Source: Octopus vulgaris
Lineage: Eukaryota
Assembly (NCBI GenBank): GCA_951406725.2
Contig: OX597820.1
Coordinates: 15,128,001-15,192,000, forward strand
Reading direction: 5' to 3'
Length of the DNA: 64,000 bases
Shown: in pieces, positions 44,290 through 55,733 of the stretch
Layout: every line of letters starts with the position of its first letter
How positions within the stretch are numbered: position 1 is the first letter of the stretch
Position numbers and translations under genes: made by a program
Notes under the pieces: model-generated
Databases searched by the model: none
Seen by the model: only the letters and a program-made list of their open reading frames with translations
What the model was told of the DNA's origin: nothing

Positions 44290-44990
44290 TCAGTCGCATA
44301 CTGCAGCTTTCTGCCAGGAGATGTTGTTGGATATTGTCCATCTTTCGTTGGGCGTTTCGGTTCCAAAATATCAGGTCCTTCATTTGGTGAATCGGCAAAG
44401 ATAGTCAGACACTGTTCATCTTTACTTGGCTCCCATCTCATCCTTCTACCAGCTGTCCCCAAATCACCAATAGAATCTTTTCCGCTGTCCCCTCCCAACC
44501 AACAAGCAGCTGTTTTCATCTCCTTTTCTGCTACTCTCAAAGCTGTCAGCATCTTCCTCCACAGACCGTGACGGGATGCTCCTGCAGCCAACCTTAACTG
44601 GACATAACCAGACCTGTCAATCTTTTTCCTTTCGTTATTAAACCAGGTCCTGGTCTAACAATGTAAAAGAAAAAATTGGCTGATCTGCTTTCCTCCCCAA
44701 AGCCGATTCGCATTCATTTTCCTATGAGATCGTCTGATTAACAGAATTACCTTCTTCATCTCTTGGGATCATAGTCGTACGGTGCGAGAGAACGAGGAAA
44801 ACGGTTGGACAGCCTGGGGGAAAGTGAAGTTTCCTTCTCAGATCAACCCTTATTTCTTACAATATTCTTGCCTGCAGAAGGATCGTCTTAGTCTTTTTGG
44901 TGGAGGTTAGTTCTACCCCCATTCCCTGTTGATGTGAACAGGGTGATCTCATATTGGTCCGGCACTTTTCTCATCTCTCATGTTTCAAGG
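44290..44990 (-). mobile_element. Decayed HERO-like RLE non-LTR retrotransposon 3' end
   Basis: Frameshifted pieces DLRRKLHFP, SQEMKKVIL, QVWLCPVKVGCRS, KMLTALRVAEKEMKTAA resemble the HERO RLE C-terminus (PVEVGCRG...AAE.AS.W.W). Confidence 0.65.
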
Positions 44991-45074
44991 AGTCAGCCAA
45001 TAATCTGAGGCCCTTGTCATGGCAGCATCTGTATCTCCAATCACAAAGTGCAATCTTGCATCCTGTCAGTGTGT

Positions 45075-45106
<32 letters not shown>

Positions 45107-45921
45107 GAAGCGATGTAGACATATGTACAAATAGACAGACACCAACCCAATACATGGGCGTTAGCATCACCTCGGTATGGCATTGTAATCATGAACTGAC
45201 AAAGAACTGAAGAATATGGATACGAAGACATGGAAACTATTGATAGCGCCCGGAGCATTCCATCCCAAGAGTGACGCCAATAAGTTGTACTTGTCCAGAG
45301 GACACATAGACGCGCGCGCGCACACACACACACACCATAAAATCAACACTGTGCCCCCCCCCCCATCTGTGCAGACTTTTATTTTTGAAATCCTCTAATC
45401 ACCACAGAAAAGTTCAGGCTACGTGTACTTTCACATTAGATGTCACTTTGCGCCTCACTTCAGCCTGGATCAGCTCCCTCTTTTGATTTAAGTCTACCTT
45501 CCTCCATTGATGAAGTACACAGTTTCAAGTCCTTGACTCACCTCGCGCTCCCTACCTGCCCTGACGATTTCGTGAAGGACCGAACTGAATGCATTAACCA
45601 AGTCGAGCCATACAACTGTTGGGTGACCCTTCCATCGTCTCTTGGATTGTCTGACTAAGTCCACCTATAGTCTTCTAAACACCCAGAGAAGTCTGGAATG
45701 TCAATCTCCTGGAATAGATGCATCAATATGCTTGTTTTTCAGCATCGGTTTGTGGTTAAGTTGCTCGCTTTGCAACTACGTGGTTTCAGGTTCAATCTCA
45801 CTGCGCAGCACCTAGGGCAAGTGTCTTCTACTGTGATCTCGGACTAACCAATGCCTTGAGTTAATTTGATAAATGGAAACTGTGTAGAATCTCGTCATAC
45901 ATACATAGATTGACACATACA

Positions 45922-46190
45922 TACATGATCTCCATGTGTCTAACACACGTGGACATGCCTACAAAGTCAGAAAACAACACAGCTCCCATGACTTTCGGAA
46001 ACATTTTTTCACGCTCAGAGTTGCTGAAGCGTGGAATAAACTGCCTGCGTCAGTTGTTGACTGCCATGACACTGCATCCTTTAAGGCCCTCATGCTTTCC
46101 GAAATCCGCCGAAACTACACCTGATTATATATACACTTTAGATGAGTTGTAGTGCACCTGAGCACTGTACACAATTATTATTATTATTAT
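45922..46190 (+). mobile_element. CR1-type LINE 3' end with (ATT)n tail, nested in a SINE microsatellite
   Basis: SNTRGHAYKVRK....RKHFFTLRVAEAWNKLP..VV....SFK shows the CR1 TRGH/FF..RV/WN.LP motifs. The 3'UTR is GTGCACCTGAGCACTGTA followed by (ATT)n. Confidence 0.85.
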
Positions 46191-47290
46191 AACATACATA
46201 CACACACACACTCTCGTATATGTATGGTGTTGGTGTTTGTCCCCACCATCACTTGACAACTGCTATTGTTTTGTTAGCGTCTACGTAGGTTAGCGGTTCG
46301 GCAAAAGAGACCGATAAAGTACCATACTTAAAAAAATAATAAAAAATTACTGGGGTCGATTTTCTCGACTAAAACTCTTGAAAGCAACACACCAGCGTGG
46401 CCGCAGTCAGTAAAAGACAAAAAATAATGAAAGCTGTCATATATTTTGGTGGGAACTAAGAAGATCTTGTCTTCGATATCCCGCAGACATGGCTTGGAAC
46501 AGGCTAATCTCAGATGAATTTTCTTCCTTTCGTAATGAAAGAACCTTCAAATCTTTTCCAGGAGAACGGGATGTTGTGTGTTGCCTCTGTGTACTTGTAG
46601 CCCTTGTCTGTCCAAGAGTTTTAGTCAAACATATCGACCCGCCGTATCTAGTTGTTTTATCAACTAGAGTACTTATTGAATAAGCGCGTAAGTGGCTGAA
46701 TACTCCGCAGATACGTGTACTTTTAAACGTAAGTCTCAGTCAGTGTGACATAGTGTATAAGGCTGAACTTTTTCATGAAATTATGGTACAAACCATTCAA
46801 TGAACTTCCTCAGTTTCCATATGACCAGTTTCACTCAGAACGCTTAAATAAGCTTGGAGTATTTACCCATGTATTATCGAACCCGGGTCCTCGTGAGTTC
46901 GATGTGAACTTCTTAACCATTCGACCATACTGCGTCCACTTATTTCCTTTTAGTGACTTTTATAAACACGGATTGCTGAATCGTTCAGTTTTAGGGTGAA
47001 GGGAGATAACTCCGTAATACTATACACACACAAACAGACGAACGTATTGAATTTATACTTCTTCATAGTTTCCCTTCATCCAAACATCTTTTCATTATAC
47101 GTGTGAGAATCGAGAGGATAGAGTCGATGGGGAGCAACTGTCATTACACATTCCGACTGAATTCCCAAACGTCACCCAACTGACGTCTCCCTCTGGGGTT
47201 CCTACTCGGATTGGCTGGGATTGAAGAATCCGTCTCGCCACTCTTTCCTGTGGCTTTCCAATCACAGGTCCGCAGTATTGGAGCTGTGAC

Positions 47291-47667
47291 TTACTCTTTT
47301 ACTTATTTCAGTCATTTGATTGTGGCCATGCTGTAGCACCGCCTTTAGTCGAGCAAATCGACCCCAGGCCTTATTCTTTATAAGCCTAGTACTTATTCTA
47401 TCGGTCCCTTTTGCCGAACAGCTAAGTTACGGGGGCGTAAACACACCAGCATCGGTTGTCAAGCGATGTTGGGGGGACAAACACACAAACATACACGTAT
47501 ATACAACGGGCTTCTTTCAGTTTCCGTCTATCAAATCCACTCACAAGGCTTTGGTCGGCCCCGGCTATAGTAGAAGACACTTGCCCAAGGTGTCATGCAG
47601 TGGGACTGAACCCGGAACCATGTGGTTGGTAAGCATGCTACTTACCACACAGCCACTCCTACGCCTA
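47291..47667 (-). mobile_element. SINE family A, head abutting the U6 3' end
   Basis: Full-length copy; the head TAGGCGTAGGAGTGG begins 1 nt after the U6 T4 tract. Confidence 0.88.
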
Positions 47668-47668
47668 G

Positions 47669-47768
47669 AAAACATGGAACGCTTCACGAATTTCCGTGTC
47701 ATCCTTGCGCAGGGGCCATGCTAATCTTCTCTGTGTCGTTCCAACTTTAGAATATGTACCGCCGTAGC
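47669..47768 (-). ncRNA. U6: U6 snRNA copy (divergent; first ~6 nt missing or altered; gene or pseudogene)
   Basis: Minus strand reads GCTACGGCGGTACATATTCTAAAGTTGGAACGACACAGAGAAGATTAGCATGGCCCCTGCGCAAGGATGACACGGAAATTCGTGAAGCGTTCCATGTTTT. ACAGAGA box, AGC triad and ISL are intact, with several substitutions versus canonical U6. Confidence 0.93.
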
Positions 47769-47790
47769 TAAATTGTTCATTTAGGGAATC

Positions 47791-47828
47791 ATTTATATGC
47801 TGTAGGAGCTGAAGCAGTATTGTAATTA
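47791..47828 (-). promoter_or_regulatory. Putative U6-type Pol III upstream promoter (TATA box plus PSE-like element)
   Basis: ATATAAAT at 47798-47791 lies 22 nt before the first U6-matching G, a U6-like spacing. TAATTACAATACTGCTTC further upstream loosely resembles insect PSEA (from memory, not aligned). Confidence 0.45.
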
Positions 47829-47936
47829 TTTCAGGCTCCTTCCACCGCGACACAAAACTCCCACATTACAAAACCAGCTTCGTTCAGTCATATGCAATTC
47901 AGAGCCTGATGTTTCTACCATCTTCAAATGCTCGAT

Positions 47937-48150
47937 CTAGTTGCACCACACGTCCTCTCTCTTGCACCAAATGTGGTGCCTTGCTTTTAGAGCGGCTTTT
48001 GATAATTTTTCTGGCAACATCTTGTCTCCCCTTCGCACCGAGTGAACCCTGATCCTAACAAACTCCCTAAATCTCTCTACAGGAAGGCATATTGCTTCCC
48101 TTCCATTGTTTTTATAGACGTTCAACCAACTCATTGTATTTTCTGGCACA
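47937..48150 (-). mobile_element. Possible second decayed HERO-like RLE C-terminal fragment
   Basis: KNNGREAICLPVE.FREF...KLSKAALKARHHIWCKREDVW resembles G..A.C.P.EVGCRGF...AAE.AS.W.W.KR...W. Confidence 0.5.
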
Positions 48151-50290
48151 ACTACAAACAATGCTGAATTATTCTCACAATGAATAAAGAAGCCATTCAA
48201 AAAAAATGATTAGCAGTCAAAATAAAATGAAATGATCCCGTTAAGATTGTTGTCTGTATAAACATTGGTTTGGTTTTTAAACAGTAACATGATTGCAAAA
48301 CCTTATCACTAAGAGATATCTATGTAATGACAGAATTATGTCCCTTTATTCTCCCACCCCAACACAAAAAAAACAAAACTCTTTCCATGCGTTGATTCTT
48401 AAATCCCACTGCATCCGTTTATTCATGATGTATGGGGTTTGGTTAGATTTGCTGCCCAACATATCACCACTCATCTCAATCCTTTAACATCCCAACTCTA
48501 GGACTGAGCATCCTGAAGAAGACTTTGGTCTTTCCATGTTCCCAGGACATGTCTCACAATCTCGCTATTACGCACCACAATGTCTTTGTCGGTGGGAAAA
48601 CTGTTACTAACAGAGATAATAAAAATCAGTCCAGAATTCCTACAACCTCAATCAATATAGCAGAGGTTGAGGATCGGAGGTCGTATGAACTCCTCCACAC
48701 AATACTAAATACTTCAATGCACTCTTCATTCATGGATTACATGATCCCCACACAAGTCACTCACCTGTAAGTTGGCCTCCTCAGTAAACACATGGCCACA
48801 TAATACAAGGACAGGGTCAAGTATTTTATTTAGATCCCTGTTCTACATTCTTGGAGTGGTTGGCGCTAAGGGCATCCAGCTGTAGAAACCTTGCCAGATC
48901 AGACTGGAGCCTGGTGCAGTCTCCTGGCTGGCCAGTCCGCAGTCAAACCATCCAACCCATGCCAGCATGGAAAGCAGATGTTAAACGACGATGATGATGA
49001 TGATGAATTACAGTCAAAGGCGGCTCAGTTTAATCCTTTAGCAGTCAGATTACTCCATCAAATTTAATGTCAATTTACACAAATTATTTTCAACAAATCA
49101 TTTATGATCTCATAGCTTTGAGATTTTGATGTTGTTATTGTCTACTTTTTGAATGACATTGTAGGACAGGTGTGAAAAGCTGAATCTGGCCATTTTGAAC
49201 ATTTTGGCCAAATATGTCTGGTTTAAATGCTAAAAAGTTCAACTAGTTATTAGAATTCTTGAAACTGCTGCCAAGACTGAGCATTCTACACTCACAAACT
49301 CTCTCTCTCTCTCTCTCTCTAATGGTCAGTCCACATGAGTCTCAAAGGAGCATGGGATGGTTTTCCAGTTTCTCTGATGTACATATTATATTCACAAATT
49401 TTTGCCAACTGAGTGGCTGGCAGCCATGTGAAATGAAGTACTTTGCTCAAAAAACACATCACCCAGCCCACTCCCATAATACACACACAATAATATGACA
49501 GAAGGGGTCAGTTGATTGCAACCCCCTACCAATTTTTGACTCATTTTTATTCTATCAGCCCCAGAAGAATAAAAGACAAAGTTCACCATAGTCTGATCTG
49601 AACTCAGAGCCACTTCAGAAATCATCATCATCCTTTTTATGTCCACTTTCCATGCTGTCATGAGTTAGGAGGGTTTCCCCAATCTGAGTCAGTTCTTAGT
49701 TTGCTGTTACTGCCCTTCTTGGAACTTCTTTTGTCGATAGAAAACATGAGTAAATAAAATAGAACAAAACAAGAAAGTATTTATAAAACTAAATGAATAG
49801 TTTATATAAATTACAAAAGAAAAAACAACAGATACCTGTAATATACTCAGTGTCAATGCAGGAAATTATTATTATTCTTATTATGAAAATGTAAGCAAAA
49901 ATAGATGATACGAAAGATGACCGGTGTTTAGGCGTATGTGTGCATAAACATGCACATGTATATGTAGATGTGTATGTTTGAGTGTTAGTCGACCAGACAG
50001 AAGCCACCAAATGTAACCGGGAGTATATGTGGTCACAGTAGCAGGGTGTTGTAAATAAAACGAGGCATTGACCAAGTCATGTTTAACATTTTATGATTTA
50101 AAAGAACTGAAAATGTTCATAAATAATAATAAATAATTCCAAAAGGAAACTGAAATTGTTCCCTGGGTTCCGTACAAATGAGAGAATTTAGCAGAGTATC
50201 TATCAACAGTCCATCACAGATGTTGCCAAAATGTCATCTAATGTCAACATCCTCCCTTACTAGTAGTGGTAGTAGTGGTGGTGGTGGTGG

Positions 50291-50485
50291 TTAGATTTGG
50301 GAAACTAAGCGAAACTTGGCATGTAGTGGGACTGAGATAACATGAAAGAATTTTTTGCGTATAAGGACGCCCTTTTTGACAGGTTCATAGAGAGGACTAT
50401 CAGGGAATGGATCAAGGTACTCATGGGATATCATCACTTTGCCATCACATAATGCCACTAACGTTTTGTCTCGCAGCAAACCAAC
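50291..50485 (-). CDS. MRPL27: Mitochondrial ribosomal protein bL27m, coding exon 3 (to stop)
   Basis: Polypyrimidine tract plus CAG acceptor, phase 0. Translates VGLLRDKTLVALCDGKVMISHE...KKGVLIRKKFFHVISVPLHAKFRLVSQI*, resembling the metazoan MRPL27 C-terminus. Spliced CDS 55+179+195=429 nt (142 aa). Confidence 0.92.
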   Translation of the reverse strand, partial: VGLLRDKTLVALCDGKVMISHEYLDPFPDSPLYEPVKKGVLIRKKFFHVISVPLHAKFRLVSQI

Positions 50486-50739
50486 CTGAAGGAAATAGGA
50501 AAAAAAAAAAAAAATTAATCATTTAAACAAGGCAAAAAAAAAATAGATATTTGAAGTTCTTTAAACATGACACAGATTTTTACATTACTGTAAAAGGAAT
50601 AGACTTAATCAGTCAGCCATTTAACACCACCACCTGGCCTCTGCATTTATCTGGTTGAGGCCATACTGGTGCAAGCAACTGGACCCAGTCTCTAGAGTCT
50701 GAAGATAATAGTCTCTCTTCCTCCCGTCAGTCTTCCAGC

Positions 50740-51290
50740 TTCTGGAAAATGATACAGGAATTGCCCTTTCTCTACCAACTTATCAATGACTTAGGCTCCA
50801 CTTCTTATACAGCCTAAGCCATCGATGACTTTTCTCTGCTGTTCTCGACTCAGCAGTCTTCCCACATCCTTTCTGGCTGGATCCCAGCTTTTTCAGCTCT
50901 ACCTCAATTTCTTGCCTCCAACTATTTTCAGACCATCAGCTCTTCCCCCTTCCCTTTGCTGGTTCAAAGTCAGGGCCTGATATATAATACAGATGTTGTT
51001 TTCCCTTCAGATTTTACATTTTCCCAAGGAAAGGCCTTCTTCTCTCAGGTCTTGGTGGTTTTTGTCATCAATGCTTCAGTAATTTGCTTTTCACTATGTA
51101 GGGGTGTTGGCCCTAAGCAAACCCCTTCTTTACATCTGGGCAGGGGTAGTCCCTATTAGTCTGACCTCTTTCCTTAGACCTGACCAGCATGAGAGATCTT
51201 GCCAGGTGCTTGCACTCTTGTGGCATAGCTCTAAGGGTCATTAAGGCACACAAGCTACAACATCACAACAAAAACTGGACCTTGTGGTCG
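50740..51290 (-). mobile_element. Internally deleted RTE-like element (5'UTR joined to 3' end); similar structure at ~17370-17770
   Basis: RTE-like 3'-end coding remnants sit next to a GACCTG.CCAGCATG...TAGCTCT..GGGTCATT..GGCACACAA block that is shared with 17660-17750. Confidence 0.45.
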
Positions 51291-51339
51291 TCCCCAAAGC
51301 TATGAATAAAACAAAGACAAGGACAAAAAATATATCTGA

Positions 51340-51700
51340 TGAACCAGCTGAAATAGGATTTCTATAAAGGATCACTGGAGTAACATTTCTTAAAAGGAAT
51401 GCACAGCTTGAAAATCAGGGAATCTCTCCAGGCTGAGACACTACTTTTTCGCACTGAGAAGCCACAGCTCCAGTACTATGGACATGTGGAATGGATCACA
51501 ACACAGGTTCTTCAAGCAAAGCCAAAAGGCAGGAGACCTATGGGAAGACCAAGAGTGAAATGTTTGGACAATATCCATTATTTCAGTTGGTCAGACTTGG
51601 GAACCCAGCAGGGAAGTTGAATGACAGAACCCAAGGAGAGCCCAGAGAACTCTATCCTCAACAACCCACCCAGGAATAGTGGGCAACAAAGACGGATGGA
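51340..51700 (+). mobile_element. RTE-type LINE 3' fragment in MRPL27 intron 2
   Basis: AEIGFL.RITG, IRESLQAE.LL...EK.QLQYYGHV, KPKGRRPMGRPRVK.LDNI. Confidence 0.7.
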
Positions 51701-52347
51701 TGACAAGCTTTCTGGAAAGGTGCAGGTATGGTTGTGTGACCGAGAAGCTTGTTTTGCAACCATATGGTTTCAGGTTCAGTCCCACTGTATGGTACCCAGG
51801 GTAAATGTCTTCAACAATAGCCCCAGGCCAACTAATGCCTTGTGAGTGGATTTGGTAGATGGAAACTGTGTGGAAGCCCATCATGTATATATTTGTCTCC
51901 ACAAGCTCACCCTATTATGCTACCTAACAACCTGCATTAATTTATGTCCCTGTAACTTAGTGGTTTGGCAAAAAAAAGACCGATAGTATGAGTACCAGAC
52001 TTTAAAGAAATAGACACTGAGTGTCAATCAGTTTGACTAAACTCTTCAAGATGGTGCTCCAGCATGGCCATTACCTAATGACTGAAACAAGTCATCATCA
52101 TCACTGAACGTCTGTTTTCCATGCTGGCATGGATTGGATGGTCTGTTAGAAGCTGCACCAAGTTCCAACAGTCTGCTTTGGCAAGGTATCTATGGCTGGA
52201 TGTTCTTCCGAACGCCAACCACTTTACAGAGTGTACTGGGCGCTTTTCACGTGACACAAGTACTGGTGCTTTTTACAGGGAACCAACCCAGGTGCTAAAA
52301 ATATAAAAGAGAAACCAAATGATAGTCTGGAAAAAAATCTTACTTAC

Positions 52348-52526
52348 ATTCTCTCCTGGATAATATCTCAGTCCAAGCTGGGTAAAAATGACTTCTCCTT
52401 TATGGATGAATGAACCTTCTTTTTTCTTCAATCCCCTGCTTTTGCCAGGTGTACTGCCAACTTTGTTCCTTGTGTTGCTTCCTGCCTTCTTTGACGCCCA
52501 TCTGACAGCAATGCTATCAGACAAAC
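52348..52526 (-). CDS. MRPL27: Mitochondrial ribosomal protein bL27m, coding exon 2
   Basis: CAG acceptor and GTAAGT donor. Translates GLSDSIAVRWASKKAGSNTRNKVGSTPGKSRGLKKKEGSFIHKGEVIFTQLGLRYYPGEN, which carries the bL27 signature (ASKK.G...N ... G.KK.EG..V..G.I..TQ....PG.NVG). Confidence 0.93.
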
Positions 52527-53429
52527 CTGGTTAACATCAATGTAGGAAAATTAAATCAATTTTAGTGTCATCCAATTTTGAAACAACAAAATTATTCATC
52601 ATCATCATCATCATTTAGCATTCAATTTTCCATCCTTGCATGGGTAGGAGGGAATTTGTTGGGAAACATTTTCTACAAACAGATGCTCTTCCTTTCACCA
52701 ACTCTTACCTGGTAACTTTTTTTCTCCCCCATGACTGGACATGGTTTCATGAAAGACTGGAAATGAAGGCCATCACTTACCATCAAAACAAGGAGACACC
52801 AATTTACAACCACACACACACATTCATACATATACATACAAAAGGCTTCTCTCACTTTCTCTCTACGCATGACATCAAGTAAAAGTCACCCAGTATATGC
52901 TGTAAAGTGGTTGGCATTAGGAAGGACATCCAGCCATAGAAACCAAGCTAAGCAGTCTATGGAATCTGGTGTGGCTCTTGGCTTTGCCAGTTTCTGTCAA
53001 GCTGTCCAACCCATGCCAGCATGGAAAATGGACATTAAATGATGATGATGAAGAAAGGCATTCCAGCCTTTCTTATCTTTTTTTTTTTTTTTATTTGAAG
53101 GACTAGATTATCAAGTGCGTTCAACTTTTTTAAACAAATAAGGTGTGATCTAATGAAGTTTAGACTACTATTTCTAGCAGGTCAAGAGCAATGTAATAGC
53201 TCCCACATTAGCTCATCTGAGCTTTTGGTTACGATTCAAGAGACTTTTGTGGTTAGTAATTGAAATTATGATTTGCTCCTTTAGGTGTGCCCAACCTGAC
53301 ATTGTCTCCTCATAATGTCTTGAAATTTTACAGAGATACAGAGATTAGATGGTATATATTAGGGTTGTAGTGGAATTTGTTGAGGAAAACTCTTCGGTTG
53401 GGGCGGGAAAGAGTTTCAGATAAACCATA

Positions 53430-53870
53430 CACCTGAATGTGTTTCCTCATAACTTTCTGAGACATGAATACTTTTTAACAAAGTTTTTAACAAATACGCT
53501 TCAGATTGTGGAGTCACACAACTCGACTGTTTCCTCATACTTGATGAGATACACTCGGCATAATCGGGTACTATTTAAGAAGAGTGCGCAGCTAGTCACG
53601 ACTAGTCGATCCTTACTTTGTTTTAAAAAAATTACTTACTTTGTGTAAAAAAATTATTTATTTTGTGTTTTATTTACTTTGCTAGGTAGTCGTTGTAGGA
53701 TCGACTAGTCACGACTAGCTAGCGCGGGTACGCGAGTGAGCGCACCAGGACCACTCTTCTTAAACAGTACCGCACAATCGCAATCTATACCATCTGAAAA
53801 GTATTTGTATAAATTTTTATTAAAAAGTATTCAGTTTCCAGTGAGTTACGGGGAAACAAAGTCGGTGGGG
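53430..53870. mobile_element. DNA-transposon-like repeat with internal inverted segment in MRPL27 intron 1 (related copy 10766-10860)
   Basis: GCTAGGTAGTCGTTGTAGGATCGACTAGTCACGACT...CCACTCTTCTTAAA.AGTACC occurs at 53681-53771 and 10766-10857, and partly inverted at 53567-53615. Confidence 0.6.
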
Positions 53871-54253
53871 CACGTTTCTGTAGTTATGCCTTTACTTTCT
53901 TGTTATTGATATCAAATTGTATTGAAGGTCAGTCAAACAGTTTACATAAAAGTATAATAAAATTAAGATTGAACAATCATTCACATTTAAATATCTCAAT
54001 TAATTTACTGTCAAAATATGTTTTTTTTGTTTTTTATCTCAGCAACAAAAGTTAATTAAAAATTGAAACCGATTTCGTCCTTGACAAGAATTTCATAATT
54101 AAAAGTCTAAGACTGGTTCCAATAATTTGATGAGAAAGTAAAAAGCAGCTTACAGATATGTTGTAGCTCAACACTGTGTCTATGATTTAATACAACATAT
54201 GACTGTAACACCCTGAAAACAAAGCAATAACTAATATAATCGATAAAACTCAC

Positions 54254-54308
54254 CAATTTGTCTTGAAATTCCCGTCATTAAACGAGAAAAACCTAAAAGG
54301 TTGGCCAT
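54254..54308 (-). CDS. MRPL27: Mitochondrial ribosomal protein bL27m, coding exon 1 (MANLLGFSRLMTGISRQI, transit-peptide-like)
   Basis: AAGATGG start context. 55-nt exon ends at a GTGAGT donor in phase 1, matching exon 2. Arg/Ser/Leu-rich N-terminus with no acidic residues, typical of mitochondrial presequences. Confidence 0.8.
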
Positions 54309-54559
54309 CTTGAATGAGGGCCAGTAACTCTAACCATAAGCGGTGTCGATAGAAAATGTTTCCCCTTGAAACAAATCCACTCGATTTAAATCTTCAGTTG
54401 GAAATGTTTGTGTTAGATTTCCATTGTACAAAAATAACCAAATTCAACTGATTTAAAATTATATAGAGATGGAAATGGAAATATTATTACAAAATAGAGG
54501 TATTTATCTAAGCATATAAATGTATCGAATTAAAAATTTTCTTATACATTACTTTAATA

Positions 54560-54788
54560 CCTATTTCTTTACTACCCACAAGGGGATAAACACAGAGAGG
54601 ACAAACAAATGGATTAAGTCGATTACATCGACCCCAGTACGCAACTGGTACTTAATTTATCGATCCCGAAAGGATGAAAGTCAAAGTCAAAGTCGACCCT
54701 GTGGAATTTGAACTCAGAACGTAGCGGCAGACGAAATACGGCTGCGCATTTCGCCCGGCGTGCAAATATTTCTGCCAGCTCGCCACCT
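54560..54788 (-). mobile_element. SINE family B monomer upstream of MRPL27
   Basis: TSD-like ATTACTTTAATACC on both sides. Confidence 0.85.
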
Positions 54789-55318
54789 TAATTACTTTAA
54801 TACCATTTACATATTAAAATTGTTACTCTAAACTTTTATCCCAAGACTGAAATATGTTTAGAATGCAAGTTGAAGATATTCTTTTATTCCCTTTTCTGAT
54901 TGTATAGATTCGTGACAGCGAAGAAGATCCCGAATAATGTGAAGAAGGCACACTGTCCTGTTTTACTTCTCAACGAATGCTGAAAGTCTCTGAGGAAGAG
55001 CGATCAAACTGAATGACGCCCTTCGTGGAATGGTCAGACTGCGGTCAAAAATTTGTGAAACGGTCCACCATGGGTCTCTGTCACCATTTTACCTCACATC
55101 GAAAACATAGGAATTGCTACCACTGTGGCATAATCGGAAACCGTTACTAGTACTGTTATGGAATTGCTGCCCCCTATGGCAAATTTTGTCACAATGGCAG
55201 CCATTCCATAACAGTACTAGTAACGGTTTCGAATTTTACCTCAAGGACAGCATTCCGTGCATTTTTGTTCTCAGATTCGTTTCCTACGTGGGTGTGAAGT
55301 AGAAAGATATCGATTTTC

Positions 55319-55733
55319 GGCGAGCTGGCAGAAACGTTAACACGCCGGGTGAAATGCGTAGCCGTATTTCGTCTGCCGTTACGTTCTGAGTTCAAATTCC
55401 ACCTAGGTCGACTTTGCCTTTCATCTTTTCGGGGTCGATTAAATAAGTACCAGTTACGCACTGGGGTCGATGTAATCGACTTAATCAGTTTGTCTGTCCT
55501 TGTTTGTCCCCTCTATATTTAGCCCCTTGTGGATAATAAAGAAATAGGTATTTCGAATGCCGTTACGTTCTGAGTTCGAATTCCGCCGAGATCGACTTTG
55601 CCTTTCATCCTTTCGGGGTCGATTAAATAAGTACCAGTAACGCACTGGGATCGATATAATCAACTTAATCAGTTTGTCTGTCCTTGTTTGTATCCTCTGT
55701 GTTTAGCCCATTCTGGACAATTAAAAAATAAGG
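55319..55733 (+). mobile_element. tRNA-derived SINE family B dimer with 15-bp TSD
   Basis: Head GGCGAGCTGGCAGAAACGTT...GAGTTCAAATTCC. Central GCCTTTCATCCTTTCGGGGTCGAT.AA.TAAGTACCAG resembles the Deu/Nin domain. TSD AAGATATCGATTTTC at 55304-55318 and 55734-55748. Confidence 0.88.

Noticed and set aside
51337-51360. CTGATGA...GAAA hammerhead-like motif
   Set aside because: No credible stem I or stem II; it lies at the RTE coding remnant (AEIGF).
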